This document shows positions 1 through 10,672 of a DNA stretch of 64,000 bases, piece after piece. The translations under genes and the position numbers were made by a program. The notes beneath the pieces are model-generated. The model searched no databases and had not been told where the DNA came from. It was given only the letters and a program-made list of their open reading frames with translations. Origin of the DNA: Firmicutes bacterium HGW-Firmicutes-12. Its GTDB lineage: Bacteria > Bacillota > Peptococcia > DRI-13 > PHAD01. The stretch lies in contig PHAD01000001.1 of NCBI GenBank assembly GCA_002841595.1, positions 1,415 through 65,414 on the forward strand, written 5' to 3'. Positions within the stretch are counted from its first letter, which is position 1; every line of letters starts with the position of its first letter.

Positions 1-203
1 ATTTTAACTATATTATTTAATATATGTCTTGTTTGTTCTCCAATATTCTTCATTTCATGCCAGTCTTGAACTGCACTTTCATGTACCCATCTAAAAATCT
101 GAGTAGCGCGGAACGGTTTCTCCCCAGCTTCTACTAATAGAGCCTTCAACTCGTCTAACTGTAATCCTCTAATATCAGGTTTTATTTCCTTAGTTTTAAC
201 CAT
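1..203 (-). CDS. rlmN: RlmN (23S rRNA/tRNA adenine C2-methyltransferase), N-terminal 67 codons; gene runs off the left edge
   Basis: Hand translation from ATG at 203: MVKTKEIKPDIRGLQLDELKALLVEAGEKPFRATQIFRWVHESAVQDWHEMKNIG. FRAxQIFxW is the RlmN N-terminal signature. GAGGTG lies just upstream. Position after rsmB matches B. subtilis yloM-yloN. Confidence 0.8.
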   Translation of the reverse strand, partial: MVKTKEIKPDIRGLQLDELKALLVEAGEKPFRATQIFRWVHESAVQDWHEMKNIGEQTRHILNNIVK

Positions 204-225
204 TAGCACCTCATTTTCACTTTTA

Positions 226-1575
226 CTAACAGCTCTTCTCAAGTCCTGCAATAAAGAATCCTTCCATATTATCTTTAAACGGCAAATACTGCCGCATACC
301 TTGCTCCAATTCTTGACGTTCACCTTCATGAGTTATTTCATACGGAAGAAATGTTGAGAGGTTAAACGTCTTTATTTCTGGATATATTTTGATTATTTTA
401 TTAATAACCTCATAGTTTTCCTCCGGTTCAATAGTACAGGTACTATAAATTAACCTTCCCCCGGGTTTTAAACATTTTATAGCGTTCTCGAGTATATTAA
501 GCTGTAATGTGGCTAACGCTGTAATATCTTCAAGCCTTTTGCGCCAGCGCGAATCGGGACGTCGCCGCAATACACCTAAGCCTGAGCAAGGAGCATCCAC
601 TAAGATAAAAGAATATCTATTATAATACTCTTCACTTATCTTTGTAGCATCTTGCAACACTGTTTTTATGATATTTATACCGAGACGAGTAGCATTGTTC
701 TCAATTAATTTAAGCCTGTGCGTATGGATATCACACGCTATAATGAGACCGTTATTATCCATCAGCTGGGCAAGATGGGTACTTTTGCCACCGGGCCCTG
801 CACATACATCTAATACTTCGTGCCCGGATGCAGGTTTTAAAGCATGGGCTACCAGCATGGAGCTTTCGTCTTGAACTGTAAACAGTCCTTTTTGAAAGGA
901 AGGAAGTGATGTAAGCAAAGGTGCTTGTCGAAGAAGCAGCCCCTCTGGAACTCGTCGACTCTTCTCAACTATACAGCCCTCTTTTTCTAGTCGCTCAAGC
1001 AATGATTGCGGGTCAATTTTTAGGGTGTTTGTTCTTATCCACAAATCAGCCGGGGCATTGTTAAAGCGGCATATTTCTTCGGTTGCTGTAAAGCCATAGC
1101 GTTTTATCCAGCGTTCCAGCATCCAGACAGGGTGTGAATATAGTATTTCCAGAAATTTAAGAGGTTCTTTCTCACGATCAGGCCACTTTATATTTTCCTG
1201 TGTACGTAAATAATTGCGTAACACAGCATTAATTAAGCCCACTGTACCTTTGTGAAACAGTTTTTTGGCGTGCTTAACAGCTTCATTAGTTGCTGCAGAA
1301 TCCGGTACTCTTTGCATAAACATTATCTGATATAAGGCTAACCTTAAGATAATTCTTGGTCCCGTTTCGAGCTTTGCTTCCTTTTTTACGAGCTGACCTA
1401 TTATCCAATCGAGTTTAAGCTGGTATTTGACAGAACCATATACTATTTCTGTAATAAAGGCCTTATCAAGAGCTAAAAGTTTCGTTTTTCGCAAGAATTC
1501 GTCAAGAGCAATATTGGCATATGCTCCTTTTTCTACTTCAATCAGAATATGATAAGCTACCTCACGTGCCTGCAT
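226..1575 (-). CDS. rsmB: 16S rRNA m5C967 methyltransferase RsmB (Sun)
   Basis: 449 aa with a NusB-like N-terminus, SAM motif DVCAGPGGKS, DAPCSGLGV and catalytic-Cys motif TCTIEPEEN. Sits in the def-fmt neighbourhood. Confidence 0.95.
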   Translation of the reverse strand: MQAREVAYHILIEVEKGAYANIALDEFLRKTKLLALDKAFITEIVYGSVKYQLKLDWIIGQLVKKEAKLETGPRIILRLALYQIMFMQRVPDSAATNEAVKHAKKLFHKGTVGLINAVLRNYLRTQENIKWPDREKEPLKFLEILYSHPVWMLERWIKRYGFTATEEICRFNNAPADLWIRTNTLKIDPQSLLERLEKEGCIVEKSRRVPEGLLLRQAPLLTSLPSFQKGLFTVQDESSMLVAHALKPASGHEVLDVCAGPGGKSTHLAQLMDNNGLIIACDIHTHRLKLIENNATRLGINIIKTVLQDATKISEEYYNRYSFILVDAPCSGLGVLRRRPDSRWRKRLEDITALATLQLNILENAIKCLKPGGRLIYSTCTIEPEENYEVINKIIKIYPEIKTFNLSTFLPYEITHEGERQELEQGMRQYLPFKDNMEGFFIAGLEKSC

Positions 1576-2268
1576 TTAGTCATCCCTTCCAAAAACACCT
1601 GCTATCATTAGTAGTCTTACCAAATTTAGTATCCCTACCAAGGCAGCGGCTACATAGGTAAGTGCTGCTGCATCTAAAACAGCTTTAGTACCTTTTACTT
1701 CCTGTCTTGATATATACCCTCCACGTTCTAATGCAACCAACGCTCTACTTGAAGCATTGAATTCCACCGGCAGCGTAACGAGCTGAAAAAGTACTACTGC
1801 TGAAAATAAATAGAGACCAGCCGTCACTAAGGGTGGGCTTATAAACAGTCCAATTAAGAAAAGAGGAAACGCCAAGGTAGAGCCAAAATTCGCTACAGGT
1901 ACAAGGCTATGCCTAATATTAAGCGGAAGATATCCCACCGAATGTTGGATAGCGTGTCCGGCTTCATGAGCAGCTACACCAAGAGAAGCTAAGGAATTTC
2001 CGCTATGTACCGGTTTAGATAGCCTTAATACTTTCTTACGTGGGTCATAATGATCAGTTAGGTTACCTTCGATCATTTCAACATTTACATGGCCTGCTCC
2101 CATACTATCTAATATTGCCCTAGCCGCTTTTGCTCCTGTTATTCCGCTAGAAGACGCAACTTTCGAATAACGTTCAAACGTTGTCTTAACCTTCGACTGG
2201 GCATACATTGCTAAAATTAAACCAGGGATTACAATAAACATACTAGGATCAAAAAATGGGTAGAACAT
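1576..2268 (-). CDS. YugP-family membrane zinc metallopeptidase
   Basis: 230 aa with HEAGHAIQH (HExxH), LTDHYDP and terminal TM segments. Confidence 0.85.
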   Translation of the reverse strand: MFYPFFDPSMFIVIPGLILAMYAQSKVKTTFERYSKVASSSGITGAKAARAILDSMGAGHVNVEMIEGNLTDHYDPRKKVLRLSKPVHSGNSLASLGVAAHEAGHAIQHSVGYLPLNIRHSLVPVANFGSTLAFPLFLIGLFISPPLVTAGLYLFSAVVLFQLVTLPVEFNASSRALVALERGGYISRQEVKGTKAVLDAAALTYVAAALVGILNLVRLLMIAGVFGRDD

Positions 2269-2270
2269 TA

Positions 2271-3080
2271 TTAATACACTCCTTTCTTTAAAAAGAAATT
2301 AATGGCATCTTCAACCTTATGCAGATCCACGCATGTATTACAGCAGGGACCTTCGGGTCTTTCATTGATAACTCCAATGACGGGAATACCAGAAACATCT
2401 TTGATACCACTGGTTAAATCTCGTTCACAGGCTATTGCAACTATAGCACCGGGCCGAAGTTCTTTTACTGATTTACGGGCGAGAGTTCCACCTGTAACTA
2501 CCTTTAAATTAATCTTCTTTGTCTTTGTTAGCTTAATTAAATCACCGACTTGACATTTTCCACACTCTTTACAATTACTCATCTTGATAGTGATTTTATG
2601 TGGGCAGTGAACCCATTGTATGCAATGGGGTACTAATACTAATATATTGTTTATAGGTTCTTCATAGTTTTTTATCTTTACTAAATGATTAGAGACCTGA
2701 ATAAAAGAATTCTTAATCCGATCCTCATTCCAACCTAATATTTTTCCAATAACAATTGATATAGGGAAAAGCGTATTTGTTGCTGTCTTCATAATTCTCT
2801 GCATAAATGGCGCCGTTTTGGAATTCCATAATGTCCAGATTAATGCTGCAAAGCCTATTGCCAACAAGAACAAAGCAAAGACAGCTCCTGCTGTAATAGT
2901 ATTAGTAATAATTTTATTAATTAACAAACCTCTCCTCGAGATAAGCCACCAGATGATAATAAAAACCGCAATCAAAAACAGGATACTTATTCCCAAAAGA
3001 CCTATAAACAGCCTTTTGCGCATAGCTTTACCAGTACTAAACATCACTAAAGACATAGCCTTTTTTGATGTTATACCCAT
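2271..3080 (-). CDS. DUF116-family Cys-rich membrane protein
   Basis: N-half is rich in TM segments. C-half carries cysteine clusters (CKECGKCQ, CCNTC). The ORF-track start overlaps fmt by 44 nt, so the true start is probably internal (ATG at 3056, 3044 or 3023). Confidence 0.65.
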   Translation of the reverse strand: MGITSKKAMSLVMFSTGKAMRKRLFIGLLGISILFLIAVFIIIWWLISRRGLLINKIITNTITAGAVFALFLLAIGFAALIWTLWNSKTAPFMQRIMKTATNTLFPISIVIGKILGWNEDRIKNSFIQVSNHLVKIKNYEEPINNILVLVPHCIQWVHCPHKITIKMSNCKECGKCQVGDLIKLTKTKKINLKVVTGGTLARKSVKELRPGAIVAIACERDLTSGIKDVSGIPVIGVINERPEGPCCNTCVDLHKVEDAINFFLKKGVY

Positions 3081-3999
3081 TCATGAAACTATCAGCTGGT
3101 ATTATTCTTTTGCCAAATGGTTGTACCTTGGTCACTAAAATACCCCCTTCTCCCGTTTGTACCACAAAGCCTTCTCCTTTTACTATTTCTAAAACTGTTC
3201 CTGGTTTCTCCGGTTTAGTTTTAGTTTCCCATAGCTTTGCAGCTCTTATCTTTAGTTGTTTATTCTCATAAGTTGTATAGCTCCCGGGCCAAGGATCTAA
3301 TCCTCTAATCTGGTTATGGATTGTGATGGCGGTATCATGCCAATTTATTAGCTCATCCCCACGTTCTAGCATTGCAGCATAACTGGCAACTGCAACATCC
3401 TGTTCAACTGCTTGTATTCTATTATTTAACAGGTCCTCCACTGTCTGCACAAGTAAAGTAGCACCCTTTTGTGCGAGGAGGTCATGTAATTCACCACAAT
3501 TCATGTCCAATGGTATTAGCACCTTTTCTTTTAGTAAAATATCCCCGGTATCTAACCCTTTGTCCATCAGCATAGTAGTAACCCCAGTTTCTTGTTCTCC
3601 ATTAATTATAACTCGGTGTATCGGTGCTGCTCCACGGTATTTGGGGAGTAATGAAGCATGTACATTAATACAGCCATACTGGGGTAAATCAAGAACATCC
3701 TTGGGTAGTATCTGACCGAAAGCTACCACGATAATAAACTGTGGATTTAATTCGGATATCATTTTTATGAATTGTTCATCTTTAATTTTAGTTGGTTGAA
3801 AAATATCTAATCCTAGCGCAAGTGCTTCTTGCTTAACCGATGAAGCACAAAGCTTTTGCCCTCGTCCCTTTGGACGGTCCGGCTGAGTAACAACACCGAC
3901 AATCTCATATCCTTCTCTACTTAGAGCACGTAGTGAAGGAACAGCAAAATCAGGTGTTCCCATAAAGAGTATTCTGGTTTCTTCCATCATAACTATCAC
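3037..3999 (-). CDS. fmt: Methionyl-tRNA formyltransferase
   Basis: FMGTPDFAVPSL and HASLLPKYRGAAPI motifs plus the C-terminal Fmt domain. The ORF-track start is a GTG; ATG at 3990 or 3987 (MEETRILFMGT) is also possible. Confidence 0.95.
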   Translation of the reverse strand: MIVMMEETRILFMGTPDFAVPSLRALSREGYEIVGVVTQPDRPKGRGQKLCASSVKQEALALGLDIFQPTKIKDEQFIKMISELNPQFIIVVAFGQILPKDVLDLPQYGCINVHASLLPKYRGAAPIHRVIINGEQETGVTTMLMDKGLDTGDILLKEKVLIPLDMNCGELHDLLAQKGATLLVQTVEDLLNNRIQAVEQDVAVASYAAMLERGDELINWHDTAITIHNQIRGLDPWPGSYTTYENKQLKIRAAKLWETKTKPEKPGTVLEIVKGEGFVVQTGEGGILVTKVQPFGKRIIPADSFMNGYNIKKGYVFSDV

Positions 4000-4000
4000 T

Positions 4001-4456
4001 CTATTCCACGGTTTTTATATTTTCAGCCTTATCAATAAACAAAACCCCATCTAAGTGATCAATCTCATGCTGCAAGGCTCTAGCAGTAATTTCTTCTCCT
4101 GTAATTTCAATTTCATTTCCTGCTCGATTTAAAGCCCTAACCTTTACTTTGTAAGCACGAGTTACATCGCCAACCAATCCAGGTACGCTTAGGCAGCCTT
4201 CTGTATCGGTTTGTTCGCCCTCACTCATTAATACTTCCGGATTTATAAGCTCCAGTAATTCATCACCAGTATCAACTATAATAACTCTTTTTGATATGCC
4301 TATCTGCGGAGCTGCAAGCCCAACTCCATTAGCTGCATACATGGTATCTTGCATATTATCAAGTAACTTAATAATATTCGGTGTTATCTCCTTGACTACC
4401 CGAGCATTTTCTCGTAATATACTATCGCCCTTTTTGACAATCTGGTAAATAGCCAT
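4001..4456 (-). CDS. def: Peptide deformylase
   Basis: All three Def motifs are present: [26 protein letters not shown]. Confidence 0.95.
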   Translation of the reverse strand: MAIYQIVKKGDSILRENARVVKEITPNIIKLLDNMQDTMYAANGVGLAAPQIGISKRVIIVDTGDELLELINPEVLMSEGEQTDTEGCLSVPGLVGDVTRAYKVKVRALNRAGNEIEITGEEITARALQHEIDHLDGVLFIDKAENIKTVE

Positions 4457-4486
4457 TTTACACCTCCTAATTTAGTCATATTACTC

Positions 4487-6913
4487 TCACATTAAATTCA
4501 GTGGTTCTACATCAACTATAACTCGTGGCTCTAAGTTAGAGTGCCCTACCTTGTCACGTGCAAAAGCAGCCAGTGCTTGTAAATGAGCGAGATTACTACC
4601 TTTTAGCAATATATGATATCGAAAACGACCCTTTAAAAAGAAAATTGGGGCTGGAGACGGACCATATATCTCTGCATCATAATTACTTCTTTCTATTTCT
4701 AACTTAAATATTTTCTTTAAAACATCCGTCTTGTCAAGTACTATTTTCTCCTTACTTCCACTAATAAGAACTCGAACTAAATAATGAAAAGGTGGATACT
4801 GCAAGGTCATTCTAATTTCCATTTCCTGGGTAATGTATGTTTCAAAGTCTTGTTCTACCACAGTTTTATATACATAATGATCGGGGTTAAAAGTCTGTAC
4901 AACTACTTCTCCAGCTTTATCGCCACGACCTGCACGGCCAGCAACTTGTGTAATCAGTTGATAGGATCTTTCTCCACTTTGATAATCAGGCATATTAATC
5001 ATGATGTCGGCATTAATAATCCCTACTAGTGTTACCTCAGGAAAATTAAGTCCCTTAGCTATCATTTGGGTTCCAATTATAACCTGGCTTTTACCCTGTT
5101 CAAACTCCTGCAGCAGTTGAAAATGACTTCCTTTGCGCCTCGTCGTATCAGCATCTATTCTCGTATATCGAACTTCTGGGAATAATTTTTCGAACTCTGC
5201 AGCAACCCTTTGGGTACCTGTTCCTAAGTAATGTAAAAAGTGACTACCGCAGGAGGGGCATTTCTGTACTGCCTTCTGTTGATAATTGCAATAGTGGCAA
5301 ATTAATTTGTTTTGTGATTGGTGATAGGTCATAGTAATAGAACAGCGCGGACAATTAATAGTTAGACCACATTCGCGACAAAGAAGAAAAGTATGAAAAC
5401 CACGTCTATTTATGAAGAGTATGGCCTGCTCGTTAGCTTGAAAAACCCTTTCCAGAGACTCTTGCAGGTATTGACTGAATACTCCTTTTTTTCCTTCTGC
5501 AGATTCCTTTTTCATATCCACAATTTTAATTTCTGGTAGTGGTCGTGAAGCTACCCGCAGAGGTAATCGTAGTAACTCATATTCCCCTTGCTGCGCTTCA
5601 TAGCATACTTGTAATGATGGAGTTGCCGAACCCCTAACTATTACGCTCTTATATATTTCAGCAGCTTTTTCAGCTACCCTTCTGGTATCATATCTGGGAT
5701 CAGGTTCATTCTGTTTAAAAGTATTCTCATGTTCTTCATCAATAATAATTAGTCCTAAATCAATAAAAGGGGCAAATACAGCTGACCGTGGTCCTAAGAC
5801 TATACTAGCCTCTCCTTTTTTTATTCTCTGCCATTCATCGTACCTTTCTCCTGCCGACATCGCACTATGCAAGAGGGCTACACCTGATCCAAAATTTTCT
5901 ATCAGAATAGATGTTATCTGTGGGGTCAAAGAAATCTCCGGTACTAGATAGAGTATCTGTCTACCCAACAGAAGTGTTTCTTCAATCGCTTTAAGATATA
6001 CTTCCGTTTTTCCACTACCAGTAACACCAAAAAGCAACCAGTTTTTTCTTTCTTTTCCTCTTATAGATTCACAAATTTTATTAACAGCATAATCTTGGTC
6101 ACTGTTCACACGAGTTGGTCTGCTTGTTTTCATCTTGCCCGTAACAGGGTTTCTTCTTTGGTTAGATTCAAATATGCTAATCCAGCCTTTTTCTTGCATA
6201 GTCTTAACTGAAAGATTTGATAGAACGCATGTTTTCCTAAGTTCCTCTACTGTTTTAGGTCCTTCCTGAAGGCTTTTAATTATTTCAGCCTGTCTAGGTG
6301 CCTTTTTCACTATATTCTGCCAGTCAGGAGCATTTGTAGAGAGCTCAAGATGGACATTCTTCTTTTCGTTAGTATGAGGCACATATTCTGTTTTTATTAT
6401 TAGTAGTCCTTGCTTAAGCAAAAACACTATAACCTCTTTTGCTTCGGCCCCAAATCGTTTTATCAGTTGAGCCACTGATAGACCGTTTTGAGACTTTTTT
6501 ACTACTTCATCATAAATAAGCCGCTCCAGGTTCCCTAACAAAAGATGTTGACTTGTATCATTATATCCCTCGACAAGGTACTTTCTTTCTTTTTGTCTTA
6601 TAGGTGGTGGGAGAAATAAGTGCACAGTTTTGTTTAATGAACATAGATAGTATTCACTCATCCAGCGAGCAATCTCCAGTCCAACTGCCGTGATTAATGG
6701 CCCCGCGGACAAAGTATCTTTCAGTGGTAATAGCCTACTTATCTCAGGTCTCTTTTCGTAAATATTAATTATAAGTCCCTTTTCTAATTGACCCCTTACA
6801 GTAACAGCCACAAGATTACCCGTTTCAATCATACTTAAGTGATCAGGTATACTATATGTCAGTATTTGGTCATAGTTGCTTTCAGGACGAAGGATTAGGA
6901 CATCTGTAAACAT
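4487..6913 (-). CDS. priA: Primosomal replication-restart helicase PriA
   Basis: 808 aa with Walker A GVTGSGKT, IIDEEH box and the Cys4-type zinc region CRECG..CPRC..CHYC..CPSCG. Confidence 0.95.
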   Translation of the reverse strand: MFTDVLILRPESNYDQILTYSIPDHLSMIETGNLVAVTVRGQLEKGLIINIYEKRPEISRLLPLKDTLSAGPLITAVGLEIARWMSEYYLCSLNKTVHLFLPPPIRQKERKYLVEGYNDTSQHLLLGNLERLIYDEVVKKSQNGLSVAQLIKRFGAEAKEVIVFLLKQGLLIIKTEYVPHTNEKKNVHLELSTNAPDWQNIVKKAPRQAEIIKSLQEGPKTVEELRKTCVLSNLSVKTMQEKGWISIFESNQRRNPVTGKMKTSRPTRVNSDQDYAVNKICESIRGKERKNWLLFGVTGSGKTEVYLKAIEETLLLGRQILYLVPEISLTPQITSILIENFGSGVALLHSAMSAGERYDEWQRIKKGEASIVLGPRSAVFAPFIDLGLIIIDEEHENTFKQNEPDPRYDTRRVAEKAAEIYKSVIVRGSATPSLQVCYEAQQGEYELLRLPLRVASRPLPEIKIVDMKKESAEGKKGVFSQYLQESLERVFQANEQAILFINRRGFHTFLLCRECGLTINCPRCSITMTYHQSQNKLICHYCNYQQKAVQKCPSCGSHFLHYLGTGTQRVAAEFEKLFPEVRYTRIDADTTRRKGSHFQLLQEFEQGKSQVIIGTQMIAKGLNFPEVTLVGIINADIMINMPDYQSGERSYQLITQVAGRAGRGDKAGEVVVQTFNPDHYVYKTVVEQDFETYITQEMEIRMTLQYPPFHYLVRVLISGSKEKIVLDKTDVLKKIFKLEIERSNYDAEIYGPSPAPIFFLKGRFRYHILLKGSNLAHLQALAAFARDKVGHSNLEPRVIVDVEPLNLM

Positions 6914-7030
6914 TCTCTACACCACTTGTATATTTTGTCTTGTTTACCCAATTGTATCATTTAAAAACCACATACGATAGGTTATAGTTATCCATCTATT
7001 ATATTAAGATAAGATTAAAGGCCTTGTCGG

Positions 7031-7066
7031 AAAAAAGGATGCTGGCATTATCCCCTGCCAGCATCC
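7031..7066 (-). terminator. Rho-independent terminator after metK (usable in both directions)
   Basis: GGATGCTGGCA (7037-7047) pairs with TGCCAGCATCC (7056-7066) around an 8-nt loop. An A6 run at 7031-7036 gives a U-tract on the minus strand, and TTTT follows on the plus strand. Confidence 0.7.
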
Positions 7067-7109
7067 TTTTAAAATAATACACGTTATCCAGCATATCTGT
7101 TTTTTTATA

Positions 7110-8297
7110 CTATTTTATATTAAAATAACTTTTCAATTCTTCGACCTTATTTAGTCTCTCCCAAGACAAATCCAGATCATTGCGGCCAAAATGGCCATAG
7201 GCAGCAACTTGTCGATAAATCGGCTTGCGTAGTTTTAAGTCTCTTATTATTGCGGCAGGACGAAGATCAAATATCTCCTTTACTGCCATGACGATATCTT
7301 CTTCAGATACCTTTCCAGTATCAAAGGTTTCAAGCATGATACTTACGGGGCTTGCTACTCCAATAGCATAAGCCACCTGAATTTCACACTTGTCAGCAAG
7401 GCCGGCAGCTACAACATTCTTTGCAACATGCCTGACCGCATATGCCCCCGAGCGGTCAACCTTAGTCGGGTCTTTACCTGAAAAGGCACCACCGCCGTGG
7501 CGGGCCATTCCCCCATATGTATCTACGATTATTTTTCTACCGGTTAAGCCAGCATCACCGGCCGGTCCACCAATAACAAAGCGCCCAGTAGGATTAATCA
7601 TATAACGGGTAGAATTATTTACTAACTCTGCAGGCAGTACAGGAATAATTACTTCCCTGATTATTTCTTCAGTTATATCTTTTACCATAACACTATCTGC
7701 ATGTTGCGTAGAAAGAACTATAGTATCAATCCTAACCGGTCTGCCTTCATCATATTCGACTGTAACTTGGGCTTTACCATCGGGTCGTAAATAAGGAAGT
7801 TGCCCACTCTTTCTTGCATCTGCCAATTTCCTAGTTATTTTGTGAGCCAAAGATATAGTAAGTGGCATATATTCAGATGTTTCGTTCGATGCATAACCAA
7901 ACATCATCCCTTGGTCACCTGCACCGATAGCATCAATCATTTCTTCGCCCAGCTTTGCTTCAAGAGCTTGATCTACGCCAAGAGCAATATCCGGTGATTG
8001 TTCATTTATGGCGGTAAGTACCGAACAAGTATCACAGTCAAAGCCGTACTTTGCTCGAGTATATCCAATATCCTTGATGACTTCACGTACTATCTTAGGA
8101 ATATCTACATAACAAGAGGTTGTTATTTCCCCAAATACTAATACTAATCCGGTAGTAACTGAGGTTTCACAGGCAACCCTGCCCATGGGATCTTCTGCAA
8201 GAATTGCATCTAAGACACCATCAGAAATCTGATCAGCCATCTTATCTGGATGACCCTCGGTAACTGATTCGGATGTAAAAAGCTTTTTCTTGGTCAT
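7110..8297 (-). CDS. metK: S-adenosylmethionine synthetase
   Basis: [17 protein letters not shown] and [16 protein letters not shown] motifs. Only 6 nt separate it from coaBC, so there is no room for a riboswitch. Confidence 0.97.
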   Translation of the reverse strand: MTKKKLFTSESVTEGHPDKMADQISDGVLDAILAEDPMGRVACETSVTTGLVLVFGEITTSCYVDIPKIVREVIKDIGYTRAKYGFDCDTCSVLTAINEQSPDIALGVDQALEAKLGEEMIDAIGAGDQGMMFGYASNETSEYMPLTISLAHKITRKLADARKSGQLPYLRPDGKAQVTVEYDEGRPVRIDTIVLSTQHADSVMVKDITEEIIREVIIPVLPAELVNNSTRYMINPTGRFVIGGPAGDAGLTGRKIIVDTYGGMARHGGGAFSGKDPTKVDRSGAYAVRHVAKNVVAAGLADKCEIQVAYAIGVASPVSIMLETFDTGKVSEEDIVMAVKEIFDLRPAAIIRDLKLRKPIYRQVAAYGHFGRNDLDLSWERLNKVEELKSYFNIK

Positions 8298-8303
8298 TAG
8301 CCT

Positions 8304-9515
8304 TCACTCCTTAAAATGAAGCAATTTAATAGCTTCAATAATGATTTCCCTTGCTGTTTCTTCCTTGCTCATCTGGGGTAGTGCTTTTGTTTTACCGTCG
8401 GCGAAAATAAGGGTAACTATATTTGTTTCACCGCCAAAACCAGCTCCGGGTTGAGTAATATCATTAGCAACAATATAATCCAGGTTCTTGGCCTTTACTT
8501 TTTCAGCTGCATATTTTAGTACATCTTTTGTTTCAGCAGCAAAACCAACTAATACCTGATTGACTTTTTTCTTTCCTAACTCGAAAAGTATGTCTGGATT
8601 CCTTTCTAATTCTATAGATAAATCTCCTGGTTGCTTTTTTATCTTGTCATTAGCCGTATATTTAGGCCTGTAATCAGCTACAGCCGCTGCTTTAACTACT
8701 ATATCGCATTCTGCAAATTCCTCTATAACGGCATCTCTCATCTGCAAAGCAGTTTGTATGCGGATTAGTTTAATACCCTTGGACGTCCCCTGATTTGTTG
8801 GACCGCTCACAAGAGTTACATCTGCACCTAGTAATAGCGCCTGTCTAGCTATGGCAAAACCCATTTTGCCCGTACTATGATTTGTGATATATCTCACCGG
8901 ATCTAACGGTTCGCACGTTGGCCCTGCCGTCACAAGTACTTTACGTCCATTTAAAGGTTTTACCTTAATAAGAAGCTCTTCAGCTCTATCCAAAATTACT
9001 TCAGGGTTAGCTAAACGCCCCTTCCCTTCATAACCACAAGCCAATATTCCTTCTTCCGGTTCAACAAAATAGTAACCCTTACGTTTTAAATTTTCAATAT
9101 TCTCTTGCACAATAGGGTTAAGATACATATTAACATTCATAGCAAGAGCAAAAAGCACTGGGGCTTTAGTTGCCATAATTGTCGTCGTCAATAAATCATC
9201 GGCAATACCGCAGTTAATCTTCCCTATTATATTGGCCGTAGCGGGTGCTATTATAAATAAATCTGCTCTATCAGCTAGTCCAATGTGCTCAACATTTGTT
9301 AAGCATTTTTCAGTAAACATCTTAATAAATACCGGATTGTTGGAAATTGTACGTAAGGTTAACGGCGTAATGAATTCTTGAGCAGCATCCGTCATTACAC
9401 AGAAAACATCTGCCCCTCTTTTTTTAAGTCTACTAACCAGATCAGCACTTTTATAAGCTGCTATTCCGCCGGTAATACCTAAAATGATGTTTTTACCTTC
9501 ATACACTAGGCCCAC
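8304..9515 (-). CDS. coaBC: Bifunctional phosphopantothenoylcysteine decarboxylase / synthetase
   Basis: Flavoprotein N-domain (GITGGIAAYK) plus a CoaB C-domain. The AAGGGG SD favours GTG at 9506 as the actual start. Confidence 0.93.
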   Translation of the reverse strand: MGLVYEGKNIILGITGGIAAYKSADLVSRLKKRGADVFCVMTDAAQEFITPLTLRTISNNPVFIKMFTEKCLTNVEHIGLADRADLFIIAPATANIIGKINCGIADDLLTTTIMATKAPVLFALAMNVNMYLNPIVQENIENLKRKGYYFVEPEEGILACGYEGKGRLANPEVILDRAEELLIKVKPLNGRKVLVTAGPTCEPLDPVRYITNHSTGKMGFAIARQALLLGADVTLVSGPTNQGTSKGIKLIRIQTALQMRDAVIEEFAECDIVVKAAAVADYRPKYTANDKIKKQPGDLSIELERNPDILFELGKKKVNQVLVGFAAETKDVLKYAAEKVKAKNLDYIVANDITQPGAGFGGETNIVTLIFADGKTKALPQMSKEETAREIIIEAIKLLHFKE

Positions 9516-9525
9516 CCCTTACGGT

Positions 9526-9741
9526 TTACTTAATACCACTATTAGGCGATTCGAATAACAGTTTCCCACTAGCTATTTCCTCTAGTGCCTGAGTGACCGG
9601 TTTTATTATTTTTGCATTTGACTTTTCAGTCAACAAAGTAGTACCTTCTGTAATCAGACGGGCCCTTTTGGCAGCTGCTACAACTAGAGCATACTTTGAT
9701 TCTGTTCTTTGTATTAAGCTATCAATTGCCGGTTGGCGCAT
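9526..9741 (-). CDS. rpoZ: RNA polymerase omega subunit
   Basis: 71 aa with SKYALVVAAAKRARLI. Lies between gmk and coaBC as in Bacilli. Confidence 0.9.
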   Translation of the reverse strand: MRQPAIDSLIQRTESKYALVVAAAKRARLITEGTTLLTEKSNAKIIKPVTQALEEIASGKLLFESPNSGIK

Positions 9742-9755
9742 ATATTTACCCCCTT

Positions 9756-10364
9756 TTATTTTTTATGATTATGTATTCTAGTTCTTTCCGCCAGAATAAT
9801 ACAGCGAATTAATTCAACAGCCTTTTGCAGATTATCATTTTCAACCATGTAATCGTATTGCGGTAACAGTGCTATCTCATCATCTACCTTCTCCATGCGT
9901 TTGGCAACTTCTTTTTCATTCTCTGTGCCGCGGCAGGTAATTCGACGTATTAACTCCTCTTTTGAAGGCGGTACTATAAATATAAAGACTCCCTCAGGCT
10001 TTCTTTCTTTAACCTGAAGGGCGCCCTGAACATCAATCTCTAATATACAGTCTTTTCCTCGACTCGTAATCTCCTCAACAAATAGTTTTGGAGTTCCGTA
10101 ATAATTATCATATACCTTTGCCCATTCAAGAAAAGCATCTTCTTCTACCATCTTTAAAAACTCATCTTTACTATAAAAAAAGTAGTCCTTACCGTGAACC
10201 TCTCCTAACCGAGCCTTTCTGGTTGTTGCTGAAATAGAATAAACAATATCGGAGTAGTATCGCAGTAACTCCTTGCAAATAGTACCTTTACCTACACCTG
10301 AGGGTCCGGAAAGTACAATAAGGTTCCCTTTTTCTTTTCTATAAACATCTGCAATGCTGCTCAT
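9756..10364 (-). CDS. gmk: Guanylate kinase
   Basis: P-loop GPSGVGKGT, SATTRKAR and YGTP motifs. Confidence 0.95.
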   Translation of the reverse strand: MSSIADVYRKEKGNLIVLSGPSGVGKGTICKELLRYYSDIVYSISATTRKARLGEVHGKDYFFYSKDEFLKMVEEDAFLEWAKVYDNYYGTPKLFVEEITSRGKDCILEIDVQGALQVKERKPEGVFIFIVPPSKEELIRRITCRGTENEKEVAKRMEKVDDEIALLPQYDYMVENDNLQKAVELIRCIILAERTRIHNHKK

Positions 10365-10375
10365 TTCATTCTCCC

Positions 10376-10648
10376 TTATGATATATTATCGTCACCTACA
10401 GATGTTTCCTTTGAGCTTAAGCGGTGAGCTACAGTTTCAGGCTGAACAGCAGACAAAACAACGTGATCGCTATCCATAATAACAACTGCGCGAGTCCTCC
10501 GCCCATAAGTTGCATCAATCAGCATTCCTCTATCTCGTGCTTCTTGAATTATTCTCTTTATAGGTGCAGATTCTGGACTCACAATAGCAATAATACGATT
10601 GGCAGATACAATATTACCAAAACCGATATTAATTAGCTTTATGTCCAT
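10376..10648 (-). CDS. remA: RemA (DUF370) regulator
   Basis: Strongly resembles, over its whole length, my recollection of B. subtilis RemA: [62 protein letters not shown]. Confidence 0.92.
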   Translation of the reverse strand: MDIKLINIGFGNIVSANRIIAIVSPESAPIKRIIQEARDRGMLIDATYGRRTRAVVIMDSDHVVLSAVQPETVAHRLSSKETSVGDDNIS

Positions 10649-10672
10649 CAGTTAACCTCCAAAAAACATTTT

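Noticed and set aside
8298-8303. I looked for a SAM-I (S-box) riboswitch upstream of metK.
   Set aside because: Only 6 nt separate metK from coaBC, so there is no leader. metK is evidently co-transcribed.
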